The notes under the pieces were generated by a model. That model was not told the DNA's origin. It did no database searches and saw only the letters and a list, made by a program, of their open reading frames with translations. Positions 36,637 to 47,249 of a stretch of DNA of 64,000 nucleotides are shown piece after piece; the stretch's first letter is position 1; every line of letters begins with the position of its first letter. The translations under genes were made by a program, and so were the position numbers. The stretch is from Novakomyces olei (Eukaryota), in the NCBI GenBank assembly GCA_016906335.1, contig JADEYG010000007.1, forward strand, positions 186,001 through 250,000, read 5' to 3'.

Positions 36637-39332
36637 CTAGCCCCATAAAAGACGGGACATACGTGCCGTAAGCATCGTTGTCCATGGCTGCGTTTTGCGC
36701 GCCAGAGTTGCGTGATCTTGATCATCCACGTGTATAGACAGACGGCGGTGGCATGCCTTTTCATACACTTCAGCCATAACTGTATCAACCAGGGCCATTA
36801 CAAACGTACTGCTGCTGCTAGAGGTGCCTGGCTCCAACAGTTCAGGTTCGACCTTAACGCGCAAGTGTTGATCAGTATTGTAGTAAACAGTCAATCCGTA
36901 ATTGTCCACTGGGTCTGTGTCGCCAGGTAAAGCTGCCCGCGTATACAGAGGCCCATGCTTGACCAAAGTAACATCCTTCCATTCTATCCGTAATAACGGC
37001 AATATAGGTTCCTTGCTGCTGTTACTACTAAAACAACAGCAGTATAGTGCGGATGATGTCAGCAACAGTTCGCATTCTTGTAAAACTGGCACATGAACCT
37101 GCACGGAAGCGTTTGCCTCTATCATAAGCACAGCTGCAACAGTAATAGCGTCTTCTCCAAGATTCATGGCGAGTTCAAAACAGGCATCACGCCGCGCTTC
37201 ACGCTGCCGTGCTTCCCAATGCACTACGCTCGGATCAGGCGCTGCAAGTCGCCTCTCAAAGCGTCTAAACTCGGGAAGAGAACTAGTGACGTCCGCGTTT
37301 AACAATAGGTCCAACACTGCCTGGAGGAAAAAATCGGAAATCATGTTTTTAACTCCGCGTAGTGCCGAGTTTGTTGCATCCCGTAATATTCCGCTGATTG
37401 ACCGAACACCAGTCCTTACAAAATCACCTTTGAGAGCAGCACTACCAGCGTACAGCATACTAATACGATCACCGTTGTCCGCCCAGACTATACGAATTGC
37501 ATTAGTCATTAGTCTTGTTGAATGGATCACTCACGCTCGTTCATTACCGATAAAATCTGACCCGTCGCTCCACCGTTAGGAAAGAGAGCCTCTAAAGAAT
37601 CGAACGGTACAAAGGGTTGCAACTGTTGTGCCAACGCATATTTCGCTATCACGCTCTACGAATTAGTAAGCAACACTACCGACGTTTGCATACCTGCACC
37701 ACGTTTGTTCGATCAAGGCAGTCAAGACAATTCGTGCGTATTACGCCCTTTTGACGCATTTGTACAAACGTGTCTCCAAAAGACCACCAGCTTTGCTTCA
37801 TAATTGTGGGAGATAAGAAGCTCAAAAGCTTTTCTTTCAACGCCTTTACGTATCCGTGACGCCCTGTTTCGGCATGAAAATCAAACACGTCAACATGAAT
37901 GCCTTGACTTTTTGCAAGATCGCAGTACGTTTGCCCCAGTTGTGCTTCGCGGCCTGTGCTATTCATGAGGGAGAGGGGTACACATGGCCCATCATACGTT
38001 TGCTGTAAAGAACTAAAATGGCGACGCAAAAGGTGACTTAGTGTCTCTTTATCCCCAAATATCTCGGGTTCAGGATGCAGTGTCCAGGGCTCTTGACGGA
38101 AGAGTAAGGGCACTGAACCGCGAACCTGCACATGCGCATACAAATGCCTATCATTAGGCGTGATGACTTCAATATGCTGCACTGTCTCACAGAAATTTGC
38201 AACATTACCATCGAAATCAATACCCCGACGCTGGTACCGGAGCCCATTACGAGACCGGCTTTTTTTCGTTACCAGTATTACGTTCATGCTACACTCGCTC
38301 GTAATATCCACGTGCTGCAATCCCACGTATCCTTGCACAAGCCCAATAAAACATCTAGCGAGGCCTTCGCACTTACTTGACGCCACTGCAGCGCGTAGAT
38401 CGGTCAATAGAGGTGCATTAAACATGAACTCTTCCCGCCGGCAGTTGTTGCCAAAACTGTGGTAAAACTCTGGATTCATTAGACGAAGCATTGTAAGCAA
38501 GAGCCTTACCAGACGACGGAGAAAAGTAAAAAAACCCCGATGACATATATTCCTCTACAATAGCGAGAAACCGGCCCAGTAATGCAGGAACAGGATCAGA
38601 TAACAGGGTTGATGCTCTTTGATCGGCAGCTGCTGGCTCAGCCAGCGTATCAGCACTGACCGACGTGTGAATTCCGAGCCGTGGAGCCGTCATCAACCAT
38701 TCGCGGCCTCTTCGAAGAAAGACACGGTCAACAATGCTACTTTTGCCGGGGTGAACTTGAGATATAGAAGAGTGTGAAAAAGACGACAAAGAGTCTGAGT
38801 CTGAATCGTAATCGGGATCAGGCTGAGATTGAGGTTGCGATTGCGGTTGATTAGAAGAACCCGTAGATTTAATGGAACCTGCGACAGAATGATCCGTTTC
38901 ATTGCTGCTTAGCTGAGAAAGGGTTTCAGAAATGGAAGAGCTTGAAAGCGGCAGCAGTACAAGGCCTTGGCACTTGTAAATCTCAGAATGGACGGGCACA
39001 GGTAAATCCACAAAGTACTCTGCCTTTGTAATTACTGCAAGATACACGCGACAAAATCCGGCGTTGTTGTTCCACGTAACCGTACCCGCAATTCCATAGA
39101 TATCAAGCCGCGGGGACGCAAGTATAGTCAAATCTATTCACAAAAGAATTAGCAGCCATAGGCAGTATTTGAGTGTCGTACCACTATTTGCGACAGAAAG
39201 GCTGACCGAGTCGCTATCTAGAGCAATTGTATAAGATTCCCCACTCTTGTTATACCTTGAAACGACAAGATGAGTCGGGTGCCCGTCCGTATCCGTACCA
39301 ATAGCTGCCGACACTCGATAGCTGTGGTCCAT
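36637..39332 (-). CDS. SAC-domain phosphoinositide phosphatase (Sac2/INPP5F-like), 5 exons
   Basis: GLRYQRRGID..GNVANFCET, QVRGSVPL, catalytic RTNCLDCLDRTNVVQ (CX5R), L|WADNGD.IS.LYAGS.ALK. The start codon is uncertain. Confidence 0.85.
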
Positions 39333-39947
39333 CAAGGATTACCATGTCTATGACATAAGCAAATGGACGCTCGTATATAACCTGCTGCAGCGATTACTCA
39401 TGTTGTAGTAGCAAATATGGTAGAATCAGACTACTTTTCCCCATAGATTTAGTATAAGCATATCTATATCTACTGCACTTTGTATGCGCCACTAGCGCTT
39501 TGGTATAGCCATAGTCGTAAGGTTTAGTCTATTCTCCTATTATATTGACGCTCAATTTGCCGTTTGTAGCACAGCAGCCATAATCGATCAATTATACTGA
39601 TTGGCTGATTCCGACAGCGATAGCCAACTCAATAAAAGACGTTGATTTTGGCGATTCAATCGAGGCGCCTTGAAAAAGGGACAGTCCGACATACCAAAAG
39701 TTTATTTTTACGCTAATCAAATCGCATGAGAGATGTTTGCACAATGTAAAGATTTAAATAAATAAATAAATAAATAAATGCTTTAAACTACCGACCTGTT
39801 TGCGCCTACATGGAAGCTACTTTTTGAAGGCTCATTGCCACTCAAACTTCATGCTTTTCCTTCCTAGCCATAGAGAGAATAAGAATGTACATTAATTTTC
39901 AGTCTTTGCTGCTGCATTGCACGCTAAAAAGTGTTTTCTTTATATTT

Positions 39948-40770
39948 TTATAGAAAGGCAAGATGACCTTCCGCTCGTGCTGGAAATCCGCGCGACTCTA
40001 AGATCTTTTTCGCAGACGCTTGTGACAATGGCCGCCTTACACTGCCATCCTTGTTGCGAGAAGGTAGCCTCACCTTATTGGAAGGCAAGGCAACACGACG
40101 AACCGCTTTACGCTCCGCGCGCTTCTTTTCACGTTTTCCGAGGGCTTCAAACCGAGCTCGAGCCTGTGCAACACGCGGATTCTCCTTTTTCCGTGGCTGT
40201 AATTCGAGTGGCCCTGGCTTCTCGGGTACTATTTGGAACTTTGAATCGTTAGTAAAAGGATAGAAAAACATAAATAAATATAGAGCGAGACATCTATGAG
40301 TCTGTAGACCACAACCAGAGTCGGTCAGCAATAATGCACTAGACTAAAAACCATACAGCTTGGCATGCTTAAAAGCTAAGACGTTGCAAAACAGGCATAA
40401 ATATCAAGACTTTACGCTTTTAAAAGTAAAAAAGAAAAGAGTTGGGGGAAATATCGGAATACCTTGGCCAAAAGCTTGTGTACAGGTTTACTCGCAACCG
40501 CTCCGACCGAAAGCCAATACTTTGCACGATCGACATTGAGTTCTATACTTTTAACTCCCACTGCTGGCATTGCTGGTTTCTGCAGATCTACAGGATACTT
40601 TGGCCGAGGATCATACTTCCCGAGCAGATCTAGAGGTTTGCAGTTGCGCCGTACACTAAAATCGTTAATTCATGCATACAACAACCTCCTCACTTGTGTG
40701 GTGTCACGACAATTTGGAAGAATTGCCTTCCGCGCACGCCCGTAGGCATCATGCGCATGCGCACTACCAT
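39948..40770 (-). CDS. MRPS16: Mitochondrial ribosomal protein bS16m with a long basic C-terminal extension, 3 exons (introns 40656-40693, 40239-40462)
   Basis: Spliced translation MVVRMRMMPTGVRGRQFFQIVVTPH|NVRRNCKPLDLLGKYDP...IELNVDRAKYWLSVGA..SKPVHKLLAK matches the S16 family. Confidence 0.88.
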
Positions 40771-41104
40771 ATTGCACTGTTGGATTTGCGATTATTGAAA
40801 TATCCTCAAATAAATTCTGCCAGCTAAAGCATGGCAAAGCAAACCAGGTATAATTTTACATGTAATATATAAAAATAAAAAAATAACAAAATAATAAAAA
40901 AATAAAAAAAGAATTATGTATATATATCTCTATTATTATCAATTGGAATACATTAAAAGTACAGTCCAATGTCAATGTTTTATTATATTATGAAATTCAC
41001 AATATTAGATGAGAATAAATTTTTATTGCCTGTCAAATGCTCGAATAAAAAGACAAAAATAAAAAATATAACCTGCTGGTCAGAAAAAACCTGCACAGGT
41101 AGCC

Positions 41105-41662
41105 ATGAGGATCTACAATTGCTACTTTTGCTCGGGACCCGTCTATCCCGGGCACGGTGTCATGTTTGTTCGCAATGATGCCAAAGAGTTTCGGTTTTGC
41201 CGCTCAAGATGTCATAAAAACTTCAAAATGAAGCGTAATCCTCGAAAGGTTGCATGGACGAAAGCGTTTCGAAAAGCAGCTGGCAAAGAAATGGTGTTTG
41301 ACTCGACACTTACGTTTGCTGCTCGGCGCAATATTCCCACTCGCTACAATCGTGATCTGGTGGCTAAGACGCTCAAGGCGATGGATCGTGTTTCAGAGAT
41401 CAGAGCTCGCCGCGAAAGAGTATTTTATCGCCAACGCATGGCGGGCAATCGCGAACGGAAAATCGCTGCTGCCAGAAAACTTGTGGAGGAAAATGAACCT
41501 CAATTTGCAATTACGTCCAAAGACCTACCTGCAAATATTGAACAGATTCCAAGTGACGCTTTGCTGGAGGAAGAAGACGAAATGGTCGTTGAACCTGAGC
41601 CTATCCCTATCGCAGTGAAGACCAAGAAGCGGGCAAAGGCAGAAAAGATGCAAATTGGCTAG
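41105..41662 (+). CDS. RLP24: Ribosome biogenesis protein Rlp24
   Basis: [48 protein letters not shown] is characteristic of Rlp24. Confidence 0.96.
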   Translation: MRIYNCYFCSGPVYPGHGVMFVRNDAKEFRFCRSRCHKNFKMKRNPRKVAWTKAFRKAAGKEMVFDSTLTFAARRNIPTRYNRDLVAKTLKAMDRVSEIRARRERVFYRQRMAGNRERKIAAARKLVEENEPQFAITSKDLPANIEQIPSDALLEEEDEMVVEPEPIPIAVKTKKRAKAEKMQIG

Positions 41663-42284
41663 ACCGTTTATTGTCTTTTGATATCCCAAGTCTAGTTTGT
41701 GAGACTTTTCTATTTTATTCTATTTGATCATTTTGCTTTTTCTAGTTTTTTGTTCAGTCTCTTGGTCAATTACTTCACACTGTTCACCTTCGTTTTCGCC
41801 GGTGGTCTTGATAGAGTATTGTTGATTGCAACGATAAAAATTGGGTGTTGTATTTTTATATAATAGGTTTTGTTTAGTGATTCAAGCTAGGCACCGGATG
41901 CGCTGATGTGACTAATATATCACTTCATTTCAAATGCTCTGCCATATTCGAGATGGCTATTGATACCCATCCTAAATAATTTACTACGTATTGCAGCTTG
42001 GAATTTACCCCTTTGCTACTCTCACTTCATAGGAGATAGTAGTGCTCAAAGTACCGAGTAAGTACCGGCATAGGCAAACACTTTATATTGTAGCTCAGTA
42101 AGCTGGAACGTATCAACCAAGTCTCTTATACAGCCAAATTCCCTGACATTTATGTACAGACAAAGCCAATTGCGTGTCTTCGCACACGGCTTGTAATAAA
42201 GTATCTTGTGTCATACAAGTAATGACGTTTAGTCATTATTGTGTTATCAATCAAAACATAATTAGGATCGTTTATACTCTATAG

Positions 42285-43529
42285 TTATCGCTTCTTTTGT
42301 ATTTCAGGCTTTTTTGCTGCCCGCTTTTCCGATTTTCGCTTCATTCCTTTTGGCGTCGGGTCCGGCTCGGTATTTTTCAATGATTGAGTTACCTCCCGTT
42401 CTGCTTCATCAAACATGCTTTGTATTATACGTAGTGGTATCGTATCCCCACGCCCAAATTCCCTGCTCCAAAGAGAATCCTCTGGCTTTTTTGTCATGCT
42501 ATTCAGGAGCACCCGGACTTCGTTCACTTGCACGTTTTTCTGCAACTGCCGCTTATTAGCGGTAATTCTTTTCGTAATATTTTGTCGCTTCTTTTCCAAG
42601 TCTTGAACTTCGCCAGAGCATTCTTGACGCCTGTGTTCCGAAACCATCAAATCTAATGGGTACAAAGCGCGCCGTACAGGCACAGAGTTTTCGTCTAAAA
42701 GAAGCAGCTCCTGCATACTATCACGTCGCTTAGAGCCGGGCAGTAGGCCGGCGAGTGGCTCACTTGGGAGCCCTGTTCGTTCCATTGCTTTAACATACGC
42801 CGATCGGAGAAGAGCAAACAATTTCTCAGTTGTGAGCATACCAACACTTTCATCCAGACGAATGACCATATCAAGCGGTGCTTTCGGCCACAGACCTTCG
42901 CCCCTGTTTAAGCTTTGCTCAAACATCCTTGCTATTACCTCTCTTACGCGCCTCCTCATAATATTTCGATAAATAGCTTTATTGCCGGTGCGTTTTTTAT
43001 TTGCAATAATCAAACAGCGGACTCGGGGTTCCTGAAAATATTCATACTTAACCGACATATGGTCCGGTAACACAAATAATCCTGCGGGTAGCATTGCAGC
43101 ACCGCGTAGACGAGCAGCCTCACATCGATAACGAACAAGAATAGAAAAAAATTCAGGGATAACGACGGGTCTCACTCCTCGCATTAACCCAAAATCTTCA
43201 TAAATCGCAAAATCGCACGCCCGAAAGCTCAACCCCTCTTTTGAAAGAGCATTAGCTCCTTGCTTTGAGCGATGAGGGTACTGATTGTGAGGGATAAAGG
43301 GCACTTTGAGATTTGAATCTTTTGAGAGTTGGGTCGTAGCCGTCTTTCTTTTCAATGCTTCACGAGCCCCTACTGCCGCGAGCTCATTCGCTGCGAGTAA
43401 AGCAGATCGTTTCCCCTTACTTGAAGCATTTTCGGCAGCTTCAGAGGCCGTACCTTGTGTATAAAGTCTAGTGCATGTAAAAAAGCGTTTGAAGAAGCCA
43501 GCACGTTTTGCGGAATGCATTAACCGCAT
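42285..43529 (-). CDS. Putative mitochondrial protein with a bacterial RnpA-like (RNase P protein) domain
   Basis: Arg-rich, acid-free presequence-like N-terminus; internal EPRVRCLIIANKKRTGNKAIYRNIMRRRVRE followed by PLDMVI and an amphipathic helix. Family assigned by eye. Confidence 0.65.
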   Translation of the reverse strand: MRLMHSAKRAGFFKRFFTCTRLYTQGTASEAAENASSKGKRSALLAANELAAVGAREALKRKTATTQLSKDSNLKVPFIPHNQYPHRSKQGANALSKEGLSFRACDFAIYEDFGLMRGVRPVVIPEFFSILVRYRCEAARLRGAAMLPAGLFVLPDHMSVKYEYFQEPRVRCLIIANKKRTGNKAIYRNIMRRRVREVIARMFEQSLNRGEGLWPKAPLDMVIRLDESVGMLTTEKLFALLRSAYVKAMERTGLPSEPLAGLLPGSKRRDSMQELLLLDENSVPVRRALYPLDLMVSEHRRQECSGEVQDLEKKRQNITKRITANKRQLQKNVQVNEVRVLLNSMTKKPEDSLWSREFGRGDTIPLRIIQSMFDEAEREVTQSLKNTEPDPTPKGMKRKSEKRAAKKPEIQKKR

Positions 43530-43649
43530 TTAATAGTACAAATTTCCATTGCTATTGGCCGTTGCGTTTGCGCTATCTACGCATGTGAAAGATACATTTG
43601 GGGACAAATATTTCAAAAAAAAAAATATAAACAAATAGATAAATAAATA

Positions 43650-43700
43650 AATGATAATAATAATGATAATGATAATGATAATAATAGCAATAGTAATAAT
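43650..43700. repeat. (ATA/ATG)n trinucleotide microsatellite in a divergent promoter
   Basis: ATGATAATAATAATGATAATGATAATGATAATAATAG run. Confidence 0.8.
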
Positions 43701-43798
43701 CGTATAAATCAAGAGGGGTAGTATAAATAAAAAAACGGCAAATGACATTATGTAATTATGATTATAGGAGGACGTATTTAATCTTTTGTCAATTCTTC

Positions 43799-44878
43799 AT
43801 GAGCTGTAATGGCGACGAGCCGAGTGCAATAGACACAGAGACGCCGGAGGACCAAGTGCCGCAGGCGCCGAGGTGTTCATGTCAGGCAATTCTAAACTGC
43901 CAGTTTTCGTCGTGGTATGCTTTGTTCCAAGCGTTGACTCCCCGAGCACGCATTATTCGGCCGTTAAGTAAAGCGTTTGTGGACTATTTGTTGGCGGACG
44001 GGATCGTTTTGCCTGACGATGACGAAACTGACGCGGAACATGATACGACAGGAAATGGGAGTGACAGCGACGACGATAATAGTGCAATTAAAGCGCTATT
44101 ACAGGAGATGCGCCCAGAGCACGACAGAATAAAGCAAATTATTACAGAATTAAATGGCTCGGTTGTGCCAAAGACGAATTGGTCGACACCTCGTGATGCT
44201 GCATGGATGATTGCGGGAAATACAATGAAATGCACGTCTCCGTCTGATGTTTATTTGCTATTAAAATCTTCTGATTTTGTCATGCATGACTTGACTCATA
44301 CATTTGATGATTGCTACGACGGGCCTCTCCCTGTCCAGTTCGAGCTGGTGCTTAAGGAATGGTTTGATATGGTGCCCGCTATGGAGTTTCGTTGCTTTGT
44401 GCGCAACAGGCGCTTGGTAGCGGCATGCCAAAGAGACTATGCAAATCACTATGACTTTTTGGAGGATATGAACGGAGAGATTATTGACTCTCTCTCTGTG
44501 TTGGCCACGCCTCTCTGCCTCGAGTTTACCGATGGAGACTTTGTGTTTGACGCGTATTTGCAAAGATCCTCCGCAAATCGCGCTTGGCTTATTGATATTA
44601 ATCCTTATGCAGCACGAACGGATACTCTGCTCTTTACCTGGGCAGAAATTGATCACATTGCGGAGACACTTGGCGATAGGCTTCCAGAGCTACGCCTTGT
44701 CCCCTCCGGAACCGGTGCTAGTGGTGCCGGTTCTGGTGCTGCTGCCATGTCCACTAACCGTGTCCCTTTAGATGTGGTGTATGCCAGCCAGGGCCAGAAC
44801 GTGGCCGAGTTTGCGCAAACATGGCAAGAGATGCTGGCACAGGGCGTTCAGGATACGTTGGAAAATGGTCAAGTGTAA
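43799..44878 (+). CDS. CDC123: Cdc123/D123 eIF2 assembly factor
   Basis: CQFSSWY, YLLADGIVLP, PKTNWSTPRDAAW, VYLLLKSSDF, EFRCFVRNRRLVA..QRD, LIDINPY...TDTLLFTW. Confidence 0.93.
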   Translation: MSCNGDEPSAIDTETPEDQVPQAPRCSCQAILNCQFSSWYALFQALTPRARIIRPLSKAFVDYLLADGIVLPDDDETDAEHDTTGNGSDSDDDNSAIKALLQEMRPEHDRIKQIITELNGSVVPKTNWSTPRDAAWMIAGNTMKCTSPSDVYLLLKSSDFVMHDLTHTFDDCYDGPLPVQFELVLKEWFDMVPAMEFRCFVRNRRLVAACQRDYANHYDFLEDMNGEIIDSLSVLATPLCLEFTDGDFVFDAYLQRSSANRAWLIDINPYAARTDTLLFTWAEIDHIAETLGDRLPELRLVPSGTGASGAGSGAAAMSTNRVPLDVVYASQGQNVAEFAQTWQEMLAQGVQDTLENGQV

Positions 44879-45059
44879 ATAGCGTGAAAGTCGGCATGGA
44901 GTTTAGTAAGACGAATAAACGTGCAACAGATTGCTTCAAATAGCCACGATGTCGAAAACCTAATTTGAGACCAGTAAAGATGAAATTTCATGAAAACATA
45001 GCGAAAATTTATGTATTTTAGAATATGAATTTAGATATGTAGCGCTTCATAAATACTTG

Positions 45060-45875
45060 CTAATTATCCCGCTTGGCAGATGCATAATAATTGCACAGCT
45101 CTCCCAATGGACTAGGCTCTTGTAGCAAAACCCAAGAGTCTGTAAGCGGATTGAACCACACACCACGCACACGATCGACTTTCCCCCAATGATTTTGCTC
45201 GAACCATGCGACAAGCTCTTCTGGCCGCACAAACTTTCGAAACTGATGTGTACCATGCGGTACTAGACGCAGTACTGACTCCGCTAGTGTAATAGTCAAT
45301 AATTGAGCCAATAATGTGCGTGACACTGTGGAGAAAAAAATACGGCCTCCTGGCCTTACAAGACGTGTTAAATGCTTCAAGAATGTGTGCGGGTCGTTTA
45401 CATGCTCCAATATTTCCATTGCCGTCACGATATCATACTCCTCGTTTAGCTGCTCGGGCAAAATGTTATCATACGAAAGATTATTCAAACTAGGGTCAGT
45501 CTGGCGATGTGCTTCAGCGACACGAACAGCCTGATCTGAGGCATCAATGCCGCAAACTTGTGCGCCAAGCCGAGCCATTGATTCACTTAGAATACCGCCA
45601 CCACAGCCAACATCAAGCACCTTTTTAGCTGCCAGCCACCTTGAAGGCTCAGTCTGATCAATCTCGCCAGCATCTTTGAGGACGCTGTGCATAAATTCAA
45701 GCCGCGAGGCATTCATTTTGTGTAAAAGGCGTGAAGAGCCGTTTGGGTTCCACCATTCTGCTGCTAAAGCATTAAAATGCATGACTTCCTCAGGTGAGGC
45801 AGTCGAGGAAGATAACCACCGCACACGCGAACATGCTCGAAGCGTGGCCGTCGGCCTTATTAAGCGCGAAAGCAT
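45060..45875 (-). CDS. COQ3: Ubiquinone biosynthesis O-methyltransferase
   Basis: HFNALAAEWWNPNG..RLLHKMN..R, VLDVGCGGGILSESMARLGA, EILEHV, P.GTH.F.KF..P.EL; mitochondrial presequence. Confidence 0.95.
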   Translation of the reverse strand: MLSRLIRPTATLRACSRVRWLSSSTASPEEVMHFNALAAEWWNPNGSSRLLHKMNASRLEFMHSVLKDAGEIDQTEPSRWLAAKKVLDVGCGGGILSESMARLGAQVCGIDASDQAVRVAEAHRQTDPSLNNLSYDNILPEQLNEEYDIVTAMEILEHVNDPHTFLKHLTRLVRPGGRIFFSTVSRTLLAQLLTITLAESVLRLVPHGTHQFRKFVRPEELVAWFEQNHWGKVDRVRGVWFNPLTDSWVLLQEPSPLGELCNYYASAKRDN

Positions 45876-46188
45876 TGCGATAGCACACGAGATTGTCTTG
45901 TTACGTATGTCTGTATTTTATGATGAAATCCCCGCTTGTATTAATGGAGCGATTGATTCAGGATTGTTCATAGTTCAAGAGATATAGGGTTAGTTAGGGT
46001 TTGCGCTCGACTCTAATCTTTAAAGTCCGTGTAGACCCAACTAACCCTAAAACGACAAGGCGACCAGGCAGAATATTGTTAGGTCAATGATTACCGTAAT
46101 TTCTATTAATTTAACCATTACATTATTATTGTATAATTTACGGTCTACACCTTATCATGCCATGAGCCATTGATTATCATCACCATCA

Positions 46189-46929
46189 ATGCGGCTCTAT
46201 CGACAATTTGGCACAGTTAAATCCGGTAAGCTATACCCTGATCATGTGCCGCTTTCTGTGCCGCAGCGTCTTCTCATGCTCGTTGGTTCTGCTACAGTGT
46301 CGCTTGCAAATCCACGGCGGGCCGATATGATTGCAGCACTTACTGAAGTGTCGGCAATGCCCTTCTTCTTACCACGATTGCATGCGTCCATGCTGAACAA
46401 TCCCACCGGCCGTCAAATATTACGCGAAAGACCAAGAATCACGAGCAAATCTCTTGATCTCGCTTCCCTGCGAGAACTACCTTTGGGCACAGTGGGAAGA
46501 GAGTACATTACTTGGCTTGACTATGAAGGCGTTAGTCCCGACACGCGTGATGCAACGCATTATATCGACAATGAGGAGTTAGCGTACGTTGTACAACGCT
46601 ATCGTGAGGCTCATGATTTTTATCACGCAATAACGGGCTTGCCTACGAATTTGTTGGGAGAAATTGCCGTTAAATGGTTTGAATGGTGCAATATGGGGCT
46701 TCCTGTAGCCGCTCTTTCCGCTATATTTGCACCCGTGCGTTTATCACCCAAAAGACGGAGGCAATTGGTTACTGAATACATTCCTTGGGCTCTGCGCGCA
46801 GGACCACATTGCCAGCCAATGATTAATATCTACTGGGAACACGAATTGGCCACACCATTAATGGATCTGCGCAAACGAATTGGGCTCGAAATGCCTCCCA
46901 ATGTCGCGCCAAAAAAGAAAAAGGTGTAG
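46189..46929 (+). CDS. COQ4: Ubiquinone biosynthesis protein Coq4
   Basis: NPRRADMIAAL.E, GRQILRERPRI, YVVQRYREAHDFYHAITG (HDxxH motif), EIAVKWFEW. Confidence 0.95.
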   Translation: MRLYRQFGTVKSGKLYPDHVPLSVPQRLLMLVGSATVSLANPRRADMIAALTEVSAMPFFLPRLHASMLNNPTGRQILRERPRITSKSLDLASLRELPLGTVGREYITWLDYEGVSPDTRDATHYIDNEELAYVVQRYREAHDFYHAITGLPTNLLGEIAVKWFEWCNMGLPVAALSAIFAPVRLSPKRRRQLVTEYIPWALRAGPHCQPMINIYWEHELATPLMDLRKRIGLEMPPNVAPKKKKV

Positions 46930-47249
46930 GCTTATAAGATCAACTTTAAAGATGAACACCGAGTTTATGAAAATCACATTTGGCTGTAGCATGCCTAGTC
47001 GTATTTAGTGTATTTATTTTATTGTTTATTAATGCTGATCAATTTTATTATATGTGAATGCTGTTACAAACCTCAAACAAATGGTCCACAGAAATGACTG
47101 CGACCATAGACCAAACCTTCGTCCGAGTATCGCGACCGTGAAAAAAGACACAAAAGAAATTTGAATAGAAATTTGCATTGACCGTCACGGTCCGTGTTGC
47201 TGAACCCTAAATCACACATCACCAACTTGATACTGTGTGGAAAAACATT

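Noticed and set aside
43530-43748. Poly-Ile hydrophobic ORF
   Set aside because: Translation of an (ATA/ATG)n microsatellite in a promoter.
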